A DNA stretch of 63,089 nucleotides, filler included, from Octopus bimaculoides (lineage: Eukaryota), in NCBI RefSeq assembly GCF_001194135.2. It is 5 parts of 5 records of this genome, joined end to end, with 100 filler letters (N's around TTAATTAATTAA, not from the genome) between each part and the next. Parts side by side here need not be neighbours in the genome. Positions count along the whole stretch, not along the records: positions 1 to 18,670 come from NC_068984.1; positions 18,771 to 31,211 come from NC_068992.1; 3 more parts are not named here. One strand, written 5' to 3'. Below the pieces are notes generated by a model. That model did not search any database, had not been told where the DNA came from, and worked only from the letters and a program-made list of their open reading frames with translations. The translations under genes and the position numbers were made by a program. This document shows positions 13,328-27,430 of this stretch, piece by piece. Position 1 is the first letter of the stretch; each line of letters begins with the position of its first letter.

Positions 13328-13724
13328 GGTTTCAAATTTTGGCACAAGTCCAGCAATTTCAAGGGAAGGAATAAGTAGATTACATCGGCCCCAGGGCTCA
13401 ATTGATACTTATTTTATCAACCCCTTTCTGGGTTGATAAATTTGAACTAAAAACATAAAAACGGACGAAATGTTACAAAGCATATTGCCCGGCGATTATC
13501 TTTTAGTATATTCCTTTCTACTGTAGGCGCAAGACCTGAAATTTAGGGGAGGGGACTAGTCGATTACATCGACCCCAGTGTTTCACTGGTACTTAATTTA
13601 TCGATCACGAAAGAATGAAAAGTAAATTTGACCTCGGCGGAATAGGAACTCGCAACACAAAGACAGACGAAATGCTGCTAAGCATTTTTCCCGGGTGTGC
13701 TAACGATTCTGCTAACTCGCTGCC
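13328..13724 (-). mobile_element. Two tandem SINE family B copies
   Basis: Reverse-complement B motifs at 13328-13495 and 13511-13724 (ctaacgattctgc.a.ctcgc). Confidence 0.85.
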
Positions 13725-13838
13725 TTAATCTACCTTTTAGTATATTAATTATTTATAACAAATAGCCATGCTGCGAACACCAGAAGCAAAAAATTATTTG
13801 ATTTTCAAAGACAGCGTAGTGTGCGTCAACCTGAGATT

Positions 13839-14155
13839 GGGCTTAGCCAGTGTAAGACTGCACAAAACCTTGGGATTCTTCTTTGCTCAGTAAACAGTGA
13901 TTGAATTGGTTGTACAATTTACAACAAAACAACGGAATCAACAGCATCTCATTAAGGTCGACTTCGCCCTGCTGATAGATATCTTCGGGATGTGAAGCGA
14001 ACTGTTGAAAATTATCTCCGTTGTAAAGCACCTGATGTTACAGAGCAACTGCAAATGAGCTGGAGTACTTCTGTGAGGCATATCCATCAACTTACCTATA
14101 ACAGCAGAGCAGCGAGAAGGAAACCTTTTCTTCGAGCAGCAAATATCCAACGAGG
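13839..14155 (+). pseudogene. Tc1-family transposase N-terminal (HTH) remnant
   Basis: GLSQCKTAQNLGILLCSVN..., GRLRPADRYLR and SVRHIHQLTYNSRAARRKPFLRAANIQR match Tc1 DNA-binding region motifs (GRPR box; R..RKKP.L); stops and frameshifts present. Confidence 0.75.
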
Positions 14156-14908
14156 GAAAGGAGAAATAAATCTCTCAAAAATGTTGGTTCTAAGTTATCT
14201 GTGTGCATATTTCTAACAAATATATATTTCTCTATTCTCTCCTATCCCCAGCACTAAAACTTTTCCTCTCAATTTGCTTACTTCAATTTACTTAAACACA
14301 CATATCTACAACCATTTCATTTTTACATCGCTATATAATTATAAGACAACTAATCCTTAGTTTATAATCAGAAAAACCGCACTAATATTTATCATATCTT
14401 GCAATATATTCCTAAATATTATGTTAACTTCGTCCCCGTTACATAATTCCCCTTCTACCTTTACTATTCATTTATACATCTTTTCACCATCCACTTATCT
14501 GACTACTGTTACACAACGGTTGATCTTAACATACAACACTCTGACAATTAATCTTCAATCATCCTCCAAGGTAACACGCAAACATCTACTTCACATTTTA
14601 TATCAAACATTCGAATGTTAAACTAACATATCTTCTAGCTACATATTTTTTCCTTTTTCTCTCTTACCGTTTACGTGATGATTTTTATCCACGTAGAATA
14701 TTTTCACACAAATTTCAAATCTATTCATTAATAGACTAACAAGAAAACATTAAATATTCATGCAAATACAATTATACTATAAATATCACCTAAGAACACG
14801 CCTCTAATATACTTTATTAAGTAGTTCCTTCTTCCTACATCTTTTTTAGCTTAGATAATTACGTCTGTATCAAGTTAAACATCACGCTCTTCACAAAACA
14901 AGACTTAT

Positions 14909-14951
<43 letters not shown>

Positions 14952-15318
14952 NNNNNNNNNNNNNNNNNNNNNNNNNNNNNNNNNNNNNNNNNNNNNNNNN
15001 NNNNNNNNNNNNNNNNNNNNNNNNNNNNNNNNNNNNNNNNNNNNNNNNNNNNNNNNNNNNNNNNNNNNNNNNNNNNNNNNNNNNNNNNNNNNNNNNNNNN
15101 NNNNNNNNNNNNNNNNNNNNNNNNNNNNNNNNNNNNNNNNNNNNNNNNNNNNNNNNNNNNNNNNNNNNNNNNNNNNNNNNNNNNNNNNNNNNNNNNNNNN
15201 NNNNNNNNNNNNNNNNNNNNNNNNNNNNNNNNNNNNNNNNNNNNNNNNNNNNNNNNNNNNNNNNNNNNNNNNNNNNNNNNNNNNNNNNNNNNNNNNNNCC
15301 GATCTGAAGCAAACCCGT

Positions 15319-15351
<33 letters not shown>

Positions 15352-18300
15352 CCAATATATACACAACAAATATATACATATGCATACATATATATCTATA
15401 TATATATACATACATACATACATACATACACACACACATAAATATATACATAGAGAGTGAGAGAAGCATAGGTAGATAGATAGATATACATATACATATA
15501 TATATGTGTAAGCATATATATCTATGTATGTATATGTATATATATATGTATTTGTGTGTGTACATATATATATGTATTTGTGTGTGTGTGTGTAAATGCA
15601 TATATATATGTATATGTATACACACACACAATCAAAGACACACACACACACACGTATTCAGTGAAACATTACTGTATAGAATCACTTAGTAACTTTCAGT
15701 AATGTAACATTTATTTCCATTAAAAAAAAAAAAAAGATGTGACGGATATTTTCAAATTTCTGGTTCCATAATCGTTAATACTACACGTGTGTGTGAGTGG
15801 CGGGGTGCATAAAACTATTACAGAACAAGCTCTTTATTTCGTAATGAGATAAAACAATAAATACTTTCCAACTAGACCTATTGCCTTCAGCAGAAAACCT
15901 ATTTATAATTGTAATTTTATCCCTTGTTGGTTTCGAACTCATAACTGCATGTCTGAAATCGTCTAAACTATAGTTTATTCCTCTTCATTTCTACGGAAAA
16001 ATGCTACCAATGTTTAGAGCTCCTACTTCCTTCCTCAAAAAATAGGCTAATCTCTCTCGGAATTTGATATCTTTGATCAGCAAAACGCTAGCAATTGATA
16101 AAACTTATCTCATTTAGTGAGGAATGTATCAATATTTATGAAAAAGAAAAAAGAGCTAGGAAGTGAATGTAACATAGATAACATGCTGAGTTTAAACATT
16201 AAGGTTTAGATTTCGTTCTATGCTGTGTTCCTCCGCATAACACCATACTTCGTTAAGTTTGTTGATGGGAACATTCAGTAGGGAGGCTTTAAAGCGAATT
16301 TCACCTTAATAAAATTATAAAATTCCATTGTTTGTGGGCAAGAATCTCCTCAGTGTAAGACAGAATTTAAATATATTTGTTTCAAGCGTGAACGTCAATA
16401 ATTAAAAACAAACACAAAGATAAAAAATAAAAATAAACTAATATAATGGTCATAAAATATATTTGTATACTATTAAGTATTTTAATCTAAATATATTTTA
16501 GCGCATTAGATTTTTTAAATACCAGGAACAAATTTTTATTTTAAATATTTAAAAAAAAAATGGCTAAATAAGAAGTATCCCTTTCATTCTTTCATATTGT
16601 TAAAAAAATACATGTCATCATGATAACAATGCGCTATTTATCTATGAGTAAATAACAAAATAATATATTTAAAATAGTAAATAATCTCTAGTCAAATAGC
16701 AAATAATGTTATAAATTAGATTGCATTAATTATCATTAATAATCATTACTAAAAATCAAAGATTGCTAATTAAAAATTACGTAGTTTAAATATGTGAAAG
16801 AAACTTTCTAAAAAATATTATCATAATAAGATTATTACCGTAGAAATTAAATAAAAGTTATCCAAACAAAATTTACCCTAAGGGCTTCATAAAGTACTTT
16901 TGATATAACTCATTNNNNNNNNNNNNNNNNNNNNNNNNNNNNNNNNNNNNNNNNNNNNNNNNNNNNNNNNNNNNNNNNNNNNNNNNNNNNNNNNNNNNNN
17001 NNNNNNNNNNNNNNNNNNNNNNNNNNNNNNNNNNNNNNNNNNNNNNNNNNNNNNNNNNNNNNNNNNNNNNNNNNNNNNNNNNNNNNNNNNNNNNNNNNNN
17101 NNNNNNNNNNNNNNNNNNNNNNNNNNNNNNNNNNNNNNNNNNNNNNNNNNNNNNNNNNNNNNNNNNNNNNNNNNNNNNNNNNNNNNNNNNNNNNNNNNNN
17201 NNNNNNNNNNNNNNNNNNNNNNNNNNNNNNNNNNNNNNNNNNNNNNNNNNNNNNNNNNNNNNNNNNNNNNNNNNNNNNNNNNNNNNNNNNNNNNNNNNNN
17301 NNNNNNNNNNNNNNNNNNNNNNNNNNNNNNNNNNNNNNNNNNNNNNNNNNNNNNNNNNNNNNNNNNNNNNNNNNNNNNNNNNNNNNNNNNNNNNNNNNNN
17401 NNNNNNNNNNNNNNNNNNNNNNNNNNNNNNNNNNNNNNNNNNNNNNNNNNNNNNNNNNNNNNNNNNNNNNNNNNNNNNNNNNNNNNNNNNNNNNNNNNNN
17501 NNNNNNNNNNNNNNNNNNNNNNNNNNNNNNNNNNNNNNNNNNNNNNNNNNNNNNNNNNNNNNNNNNNNNNNNNNNNNNNNNNNNNNNNNNNNNNNNNNNN
17601 NNNNNNNNNNNNNNNNNNNNNNNNNNNNNNNNNNNNNNNNNNNNNNNNNNNNNNNNNNNNNNNNNNNNNNNNNNNNNNNNNNNNNNNNNNNNNNNNNNNN
17701 GGTAAAAATCATTAATGATTTTACCAGGGCTAAGGGGGGAAATAAAAATCTTATAGGTAAATTTTACAAATATTTTAAATAATTATATACATAGTTATAA
17801 CAAGAGATCGGCTATAAGCCTCCCCATACGCTAGAAAAGTATACGTCTAATGACGCTATTATCACCTTAAACACTCTGAAACATAAAACACACACATACA
17901 TACACAAGGATCTGCGTATTTAGTAAACAAATACATTTTCTCTAACCAACTTTCTACCCTGTCGAGGCTGCTTCACCAGACGAGATTCTACACTTTCTAA
18001 ACGTGATTGTGCTCAACACGTTTGTACTCATAATAAGCTTACTTCAAAAAGCAATTACCGATTCCTTCCTTCCTTTCTTCGTATTTCTTTGAAGATTTTT
18101 ATGAATGCATTGCGTCAAAACTATGGTGGAAATAGATATTTTGCTAAGTGCTTTTGATGACGTGACAGTTGGGATCAAAATATTTGAAGATGTTTGAACA
18201 TCTTTCTTTTCGTGCCTACATTACAACCGTAGCATTTTTTTTCTAATACTTTCATTTCATTTCGTTCTCTTTATTTCTAACGTTCTCTTTTTTTTTTTAA

Positions 18301-18714
18301 TTTTGTTACTGTATTACTGGGTCCTTAAAATTACATGGGGATATTGCCGTTAAAGACGAAACCTGATATAGAAACTGCATTTAACTAAATCTGCTTAAAA
18401 GTGCCCTCTTAATAACTGCTTTGATATAGCAAGAGCCAAAAAAGCCATATGGGAATAGTCAGGCATATCTATGTTATGGTATTACAAAAATGAAGCAGAG
18501 ATAACTCGGAAGAGATTATGACTTCTTCAGAATTTCTTTTAGACAAAATGACTACTTATGTACCTGCCTTGTAGAACATGGCAATTAGACACCATAATTA
18601 AAATTAGTTAATTAATATATATATCATTATGTAATTACCGTTCTTGTAGTTGTTTATATGTATATATATANNNNNNNNNNNNNNNNNNNNNNNNNNNNNN
18701 NNNNNNNNNNNNNN

Positions 18715-18726
18715 TTAATTAATTAA
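18715..18726. other. Assembly spacer TTAATTAATTAA inside an unsized gap (also 31256-31267, 41697-41708, 59831-59842)
   Basis: Identical 12-mer centred in four ~100-nt N blocks. Confidence 0.95.
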
Positions 18727-18770
18727 NNNNNNNNNNNNNNNNNNNNNNNNNNNNNNNNNNNNNNNNNNNN

Positions 18771-18925
18771 TATGACACTAAACCCCACTTGCGAAGACCT
18801 GTTGAGGCAAGTAAAATAGAAATAGATCGTTGCCGTGCCCCTGAACTGGCTTTGTGCGGGGCCGTCGTAGGATTTTCGAGCGAGATCGTTGCCAGTGCTC
18901 CTGGACTGGCCCATGTGCAGGCAAC
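18771..18925 (+). mobile_element. Internal fragment of a SINE-like repeat (probably family F)
   Basis: GC-rich, with duplicated unit gatcgttgcc..tgc.cctg.actggc; family assignment comes from recalled similarity, not from an overlap in this window. Confidence 0.5.
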
Positions 18926-18931
18926 ACATAT

Positions 18932-18990
<59 letters not shown>

Positions 18991-19038
18991 CCAACATACA
19001 TGCATACATACATACATACATAGAGTGAGAGAGAGGGA

Positions 19039-19070
<32 letters not shown>

Positions 19071-20105
19071 AAAAGAGAGATTTAGATATAGATATAGACG
19101 TGTATATATACAATTGGCATCTGGATTACTCTAAAGTGTACATAGTAAATGTTTATCATTAAAAACAATGGGAAGCAGATGTAAAGGTAGATAGACAGAA
19201 GCTTGGAAAAGTAAATAAAATCGCATCTGTAGTACATTTATGACAAACTTTACAAGAAGAAGTTTGCTTGTAAAAGACACTCACAGAAGATATATTTTAT
19301 AAGAACGAAAAATAGTGTCTCCTCAAAAACACGTATTATTACACCTAAAATTGAGGTTAGTAAACATTTATATTGTTGCAATTGTTTTCCACGGGGTAGA
19401 AACTTGTACACACAATGGAAGGCTTTGAGATATGGGCCTTTCGAAGTCAGAGCTGAATAACCTGTAAAGACAAGTTTACACACGTTGCCGAACTAGAAAA
19501 CCTCAACATCCAACGACAACTCTGGAAGACTATTATAGTTTTAACATACAATGCAAAACGAATTACTACCTAAGACAAAGCTGTCTGAAAGTGGAAGAAA
19601 AGAAGGGAAATACAATAGAGGACTTAGAGTCAAAGACAAAGAATGAACTGAGAACACGTTTTCTGGCTCATTCTATGCATATATCACAGCACAGAAGGAG
19701 ATGGAGTGCCTAAGCAAGCTGTCCTCCAACAGGGAAGGCAATAGGGAGAGCAAATCGCTGATGGCTGACGACATATAGGCGTGTGTGTGTGCCTATGAGT
19801 GTGAGTGTGTGTGTATGTGTATGCATGTGTGTGTGTGTCTGTCTGTGTGTGTGTGTGTGTGTGTCTATGAGTGTGAGTGTGTGTGTATGTGTGTGTGTGC
19901 TCGTGTGTGTTTGTACGGTCGATGTTGACGTGAGGGCATTTAGTCATGGAACTGATATGAGACACAAGTTACCAGAAGGAAATGCTTATTTTACTTTAAT
20001 TAGAACACGCAATACTCGACTGATATCGAATTAACAATATTTCGACCATTCGTGTGTTTTCCACATGTTCAAAATAATCATATCGATCTACTTCATTTTT
20101 GGTAA

Positions 20106-20207
20106 TATTTAAGGATCGACGTTACTCCTCTCGAAGGTAAAGGAACGATAACAGTCGCACTCTTCTTATTGTTCTTTTACGTTCGGGAGGAGTAACGTCA
20201 ATCTTTA

Positions 20208-20211
<4 letters not shown>
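20106..20211 (+). other. 106-nt imperfect hairpin (46-bp stem, 14-nt loop), pre-miRNA-like
   Basis: Arms 20106-20151 and 20166-20211 pair with 4 G-U wobbles and 2 mismatches on the plus strand. Confidence 0.6.
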
Positions 20212-20284
<73 letters not shown>

Positions 20285-20310
20285 TAATAGTAATAATAAT
20301 AATAATAATA

Positions 20311-20349
<39 letters not shown>

Positions 20350-20365
20350 GTAATAATAATAATAA
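20208..20365. repeat. (TAA)n microsatellite
   Basis: Directly visible. Confidence 0.95.
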
Positions 20366-20478
20366 TGAGTTGAATAAATAATAAAATTAAATGAAATTTA
20401 TATTCATGTTTGTACACGTGTATGCGTATGTGTGTATCTATATGTATATATATATGTACATACATATATGCATACATA

Positions 20479-20545
<67 letters not shown>

Positions 20546-21431
20546 GTGTGTGTGTATGTGTGTGTGTGTGTAGATAGATAGATAGATAGGTAGATAGATA
20601 GATAGATAGATAGTTAGATAGATAGATAGATATAAATATATATGATCAACAAGTATGGTTGTCAATTGTTTATGCACCAATATGTGTGTGTATGCGTATA
20701 TATGTTACGAATAAAGAAACTCTAGCAGGAAACATCTATATACGCAAGCACACAGATATATTAATACATAAATAATAACATTCATATATACATATACACA
20801 TACACATACATGGACTCGCATGCACATGAACATAAATTTCATTTCGTCTTTATTTTATTTTTTCATTTTTGTTTTATTACTTTATTATCTATTTTATTAT
20901 TTATTTTTATTCTTATATACTTTAATTGATTATTATCATTATTTTTAATTTGAATATAAATATAAATATCAACGAATACGCAAACGAATACAGACACTCA
21001 TACACATGATAAGTCTATACGTACGCAGAAATATATATATATATATAATATTATATATATGATAATAATGTTATATGATATTATATATATAATAATAATG
21101 TTATATGATATAACTCTGAATAAATATCTAAATATAAATAATAATATAACTTTAATAATCTTTTACAAATATGCATACATACTTACGAACTAATAAAGTA
21201 ACTTAGGAGAGAAACATATGCCTCACACACATATAAATGCGCACACACGTATGCGCACATGAACATAAATTATATTTCAATTTTATTTTATCTTATTTTG
21301 ATATTTATTTTATTTATATATTTACTCCTACATACTTTAATTTATACACTCTAATAAGTAACTTAGAAGGGAAATATATATACGCATACATACACATATT
21401 GGTGCCTAAACAATTGACATACATACTTGTT

Positions 21432-21484
<53 letters not shown>

Positions 21485-21835
21485 NNNNNNNNNNNNNNNN
21501 NNNNNNNNNNNNNNNNNNNNNNNNNNNNNNNNNNNNNNNNNNNNNNNNNNNNNNNNNNNNNNNNNNNNNNNNNNNNNNNNNNNNNNNNNNNNNNNNNNNN
21601 NNNNNNNNNNNNNNNNNNNNNNNNNNNNNNNNNNNNNNNNNNNNNNNNNNNNNNNNNNNNNNNNNNNNNNNNNNNNNNNNNNNNNNNNNNNNNNNNNNNN
21701 NNNNNNNNNNNNNNNNNNNNNNNNNNNNNNNNNNNNNNNNNNNNNNNNNNNNNNNNNNNNNNNNNNNNNNNNNNNNNNNNNNNNNNNNNNNNNNNNNNNN
21801 NNNNNNNNNNNNNNNNNNNNNNNNNNNNNNNNNNN

Positions 21836-21907
<72 letters not shown>

Positions 21908-22462
21908 CGGGAAGAGGGCAGCGCATGCCATGAAAGTGACACTGGCATAAAATTTACGAAGCCCAGTATACCCATCATAACTACTTTTCTGATAAGGGTA
22001 CACCAGGCACATGTATAACAACCATATGTGCGCAACATGCTGATTTCATGTCAAGATAAACAGCACATAACATTGCAGGTGGGACCCTGTTAGATTTTCT
22101 TCAGGTCGAGTAGCCCATCCCGCACAAATGGTCCCTGAATAAGGGTTGTTTAAGGATGTTGAGCGAAACACCCATATCTCCAAAGATGAATTATCCAAAC
22201 TCCAAAGAATTCCTCTCAACACATGTCTATGATGTCTATGATGCTCCACCACTAATACGGCTCGTGATCAGAGATGCATATGTCGTCAGTCACCGAGAGA
22301 CATTCTCAACTGGTTAACATCAAACAACTGACAAGGAAATCTTTGCAGAATATTTGCTGTATCCCATCTTTTATATCAAGTTAAAACAATGTAGATGATA
22401 ACACTTCCAATTCGTTAATCACAGACGCGATGAGGTCCACAACCTTGTACTGCATCAGGGCA
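21908..22462 (-). mobile_element. Element E (~555 bp, non-coding) inserted in (TTA)n
   Basis: Reverse complement of 45359-45895; flanked by (TTA)n on both sides. Confidence 0.85.
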
Positions 22463-22468
22463 GTATCA

Positions 22469-22549
<81 letters not shown>

Positions 22550-22562
22550 TATTATCATTATT

Positions 22563-22607
<45 letters not shown>

Positions 22608-23680
22608 GAATTTAAAATAAAAGTAATAATTTTAAAGCATTCGCGTGCACACACGTACACATATAATATACATGCTTATGCATTCTTAGTTTTTCAACCG
22701 ATCAAAATATAATATCTATAATGTCCTTTTTCATGCCCTGAAGAATTTCCACCCAAGGTATTTTCAAATGCAAACGTATCTTTTATATATGTTCTGTAAT
22801 TTAATTTGGATGTGAAATGAAACAATTCTAGGCAACGATGATTAACAAAAAAAAATAATAATTATGTCCATTTAATCTCTCCATTTTCAGATTTAATAAT
22901 AATATTTGATATTTTATAATATATTTATTGAAGAAATATCTCTTCAAAATACACTATATTAAACTAGTGAATCTTAAATAAAAAAAAAACATCCGTATAA
23001 GAGGTCTAAATATCCTCATAGTTACTATATATATATACATATNNNNNNNNNNNNNNNNNNNNNNNNNNNNNNNNNNNNNNNNNNNNNNNNNNNNNNNNNN
23101 NNNNNNNNNNNNNNNNNNNNNNNNNNNNNNNNNNNNNNNNNNNNNNNNNNNNNNNNNNNNNNNNNNNNNNNNNNNNNNNNNNNNNNNNNNNNNNNNNNNN
23201 NNNNNNNNNNNNNNNNNNNNNNNNNNNNNNNNNNNNNNNNNNNNNNNNNNNNNNNNNNNNNNNNNNNNNNNNNNNNNNNNNNNNNNNNNNNNNNNNNNNN
23301 NNNNNNNNNNNNNNNNNNNNNNNNNNNNNNNNNNNNNNNNNNNNNNNNNNNNNNNNNNNNNNNNNNNNNNNNNNNNNNNNNNNNNNNNNNNNNNNNNNNN
23401 NNNNNNNNNNNNNNNNNNNNNNNNNNNNNNNNNNNNNNNNNNNNNNNNNNNNNNNNNNNNNNNNNNNNNNNNNNNNNNNNNNNNNNNNNNNNNNNNNNNN
23501 NNNNNNNNNNNNNNNNNNNNNNNNNNNNNNNNNNNNNNNNNNNNNNNNNNNNNNNNNNNNNNNNNNNNNNNNNNNNNNNNNNNNNNNNNNNNNNNNNNNN
23601 NNNNNNNNNNNNNNNNNNNNNNNNNNNNNNNNNNNNNNNNNNNNNNNNNNNNNNNNNNNNNNNNNNNNNNNNNNNNNNNA

Positions 23681-23837
23681 TATAATCATAAATATACAGG
23701 GATTAGCATGAGTTGCTTCTCCAACATACTGAGAATTTAGAAATAGCAGTCAAAGAACTACTGATTCCAAACTACAATTTTTTTCTCTACAAATTTTATT
23801 ACTAATTGACGATTCCCTGCCCTATATCTGTATATTT

Positions 23838-23838
<1 letters not shown>
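23681..23838. repeat. Dispersed repeat X+Y (co-oriented copy)
   Basis: See 4535-4760. Confidence 0.85.
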
Positions 23839-23901
<63 letters not shown>

Positions 23902-24867
23902 AGGGGTGTATGTAGGAATATAAGTATATACTTCTCTCTCTCACATTTAATTTAACTACTACGAATTGCTTGTGCGATTAACAGTATTGTAAGCAATTAG
24001 AAGGATGCAGTTTATGATAGATTTTAGATGGTAGTCTTAAGTACCCCATAATTCCTCTACATAGTTCCATTCTAAATTGAAATCCCACTGATTCCATCGT
24101 AATGTTTCCACCCTTAACTAACTTATACATTACTGGCAACGTTGTAATCCAATAAACCCTACGAGGCAGTGATATGACATTATCTAATTCAATTAAAGAC
24201 GTGACGGCTGACTGATATTGAAGGATATATTCAGTTCGAAACCTGTGTCGAACATTCTTTCAGCATTAATGTGCGTCCCTAATTGCGATTTAATTTTAAC
24301 GTTTAAGAGAGAGAAGAACTCCCATTGTAATTAACATGAGATTACAAATTCCTGGGGAAATTTCCGCCAAAAGAAATTGTTTCACGAAAAACTGATACAC
24401 GGCGAAATTTCGCTTCATTCAATCTGCAATTTGGTTGTAAAAATGTAAAAGCTTTGTTTACGATGAAATTGTCGACTGAAGACAGGGATGCACTGATCGA
24501 CTAGAGCTATGACCAAATGTGTTCTCTCAATCAGGACTTTCATCAGAAGAAATATTTGAAATAAACATATTGCATGTGAATTTTAAACTGTGTGGAAAGT
24601 CTTTTAGAATGTTTTAGCAAAGCTAACTACAAGGCAGATTTCTGCTCAAGTATCAAATTGTGACTAGATTATATATAACTTCCGATTGCTTTCTGAATGT
24701 CGTTATATCAAACGGTTAACAATGTTATCTGATTTTAACAATAATGGCAATTAAGAAGCAAATATTGATGCGCACATATTTACTTATTTACATTTAAGAC
24801 ATATTCCCGCATGCATACCAATGCAGCACCAAACATGTCCGCAATGATTCACAGGAAACTACTTTGA

Positions 24868-24901
<34 letters not shown>

Positions 24902-25834
24902 NNNNNNNNNNNNNNNNNNNNNNNNNNNNNNNNNNNNNNNNNNNNNNNNNNNNNNNNNNNNNNNNNNNNNNNNNNNNNNNNNNNNNNNNNNNNNNNNNNN
25001 NNNNNNNNNNNNNNNNNNNNNNNNNNNNNNNNNNNNNNNNNNNNNNNNNNNNNNNNNNNNNNNNNNNNNNNNNNNNNNNNNNNNNNNNNNNNNNNNNNNN
25101 NNNNNNNNNNNNNNNNNNNNNNNNNNNNNNNNNNNNNNNNNNNNNNNNNNNNNNNNNNNNNNNNNNNNNNNNNNNNNNNNNNNNNNNNNNNNNNNNNNNN
25201 NNNNNNNNNNNNNNNNNNNNNNNNNNNNNNNNNNNNNNNNNNNNNNNNNNNNNNNNNNNNNNNNNNNNNNNNNNNNNNNNNNNNNNNNNNNNNNNNNNNN
25301 NNNNNNNNNNNNNNNNNNNNNNNNNNNNNNNNNNNNNNNNNNNNNNNNNNNNNNNNNNNNNNNNNNNNNNNNNNNNNNNNNNNNNNNNNNNNNNNNNNNN
25401 NNNNNNNNNNNNNNNNNNNNNNNNGTAAGTATGTATGTATGTATGTATGTATGAGTGCTTGCGTGTGCATAGATAGAGAGGGGAAGAGAGGGGAGAGAGG
25501 GGAGAGAGGAGGAGGGAGTGGGAGAGAGTGAGGAGAGGTGGGGGAGGGTGGTAGATTAATTTGTATTCAAACTCTAACAAATATATATTAGATAAAATAA
25601 AATAAGCTACTTGGCTTATATGCAATTGTATAAATATATAGGCATGTGTGCGTATGTGTTTTTGTGTGTCTGTGTTTGTCTATGTGGGAAACTGCGTGTG
25701 TATTCATTTATATGTATATGTGCGTTTGTGTGTGCATGATAATGGCATGCGTTCAGTGTGATATCTACGTCTCTGTTTATCCATCTCTCTCTCCCTCTTT
25801 CTCTCTGTGTATATATATGCACATAAACACACAC

Positions 25835-25877
<43 letters not shown>

Positions 25878-27094
25878 GCAAATTATCTATTATACACATA
25901 TATGCAGTGAATCAACGTATTTCTCAGAGCCAATAGTAGCAATTAATATCTGTGTCTTTCATCGTACCTGGCTTTAGGTAGTAGTTACACTTATATCAGA
26001 TTTTTCCAGTTACAGCCCACTTAGCACTTTTCCTACAAAATGCCAGGATACATTTCCCAATGTTGTGTCAATATCTTACAAATACACTAACAGCAACCAG
26101 TTCCCAAATGATACAAGGTTTGAAATATATGTCAAACAAATGTACTTTACATATTCTCGCAAATTCACGATGCAGTTTCTGAAGATAATCAGACCGATTT
26201 GCAAATGTATATGCGTGAGTTTACAAATGATTATAATTTCCTTGCAAAAAATAAAGAGCTCAACATTCAGTAAGCTTACAATATCCCGATTAGAAAATAT
26301 ATCTCTTTTATACATTCGTCTTTATTTTTTTAACTCACGTCATTTCTCACCAATTCTTGCTTTCTCTCATTCCATTTCTGTTTCACTCTTATACACACGT
26401 TATACCTCTCTTCCACTCACTCACACTATCTCTATCACTATATATCCATCGTTGTCTGTTACTGAAAAAAAGTATTAACTTCTGTGTATAATCCTCTGTA
26501 TCATATAACTTTCCGGAATTTTCTTTTATATCGTTATATAAACATACTGCATGACTGATAATCAAAACTGTTAATTATCTTTTATCACTCACTGTAGTTT
26601 TATAGTATCGTCTTACGTATACATCCAAGCAAGAGATATATTTTAAAACATACGGAATTTACATAAACATTCGCATTCGTTTAAAAGAATTAAATAAATG
26701 AACACTGCGTTTTACAGACGCGAGGACTTAAATCGATGAGAAAGGAATAGTCGATTTTATCGATCATTTACACTTGATAATTTTTATCGATTAGGATTCT
26801 AAAATCGTTTGTGTAGCCTTACAAAACATACTGAATAATTTACTTAAGGATGTGACATCCTGCATATCTGGCAATTTGGGGCTCAGCTTTTCTCGTCTGA
26901 GTATTGTTTTGAAACTTCCATATCAGGTGTATGAAATATTAAAATTTCTTGAAAGAATCGATGTTCACCGCTTTTATTTCACAAAATATTTTGATAACAT
27001 TATATAGGTTTGTATAAATATTTTATAATGTATGACTGCTTTCGGATATAAATTTACATTAGTGATATATCCTTTATCTTTTACTTGTATCAGT

Positions 27095-27430
27095 CATTAG
27101 AATGCGGCCATACTTCAGCAACGCCTTGAGGAATTTTAGTCAAATGAATCGATTCCAGGACTTATTGTTTTTAACTCTGGTAGTCATCTTTATCTTTTTT
27201 TTTTTTTCAGTTAGTTCACTAACCCTCAGTTGTGAAGCGGTGATATGTGTGAAACACAGACACAAAGACACACAGAGATACATGCATATACGACGGTCTA
27301 CTTTCAGTTTCCGTAGATTAAATCCAACGACAAGGCATGGGTCGTCCCGAGGGTACAGTAGAAGACAGTTGACCAACATACTTTGCAATGGGACTATACT
27401 TCGGAACCATATGGCTGGAGAGCCACCCTT
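27095..27430 (-). mobile_element. Decayed SINE family C copy
   Basis: Colinear with 52998-53432 (gcggccat..., ccaggacttatt, tttcagtttccgt, cagtagaagaca, ggaaccatatggctgg). Confidence 0.8.

Noticed and set aside
12400-14850. G-poor stretches with faint LINE/PLE motifs (PLLPLLFIYT near 14445; FIICQSCNK on minus near 12720)
   Set aside because: Single short motifs only; probably ancient retroelement debris but not classifiable by eye.
18715-18726. Recurrent TTAATTAATTAA 12-mer (four copies)
   Set aside because: Always centred in ~100-nt N blocks; an assembler spacer, not biology.
24212-24249. Hammerhead-like relic ctga[tat]tga-aggatatattc...gaaac-ctgt-gtc
   Set aside because: Needs two insertions to restore the core and stem I does not pair; at best a dead relic.
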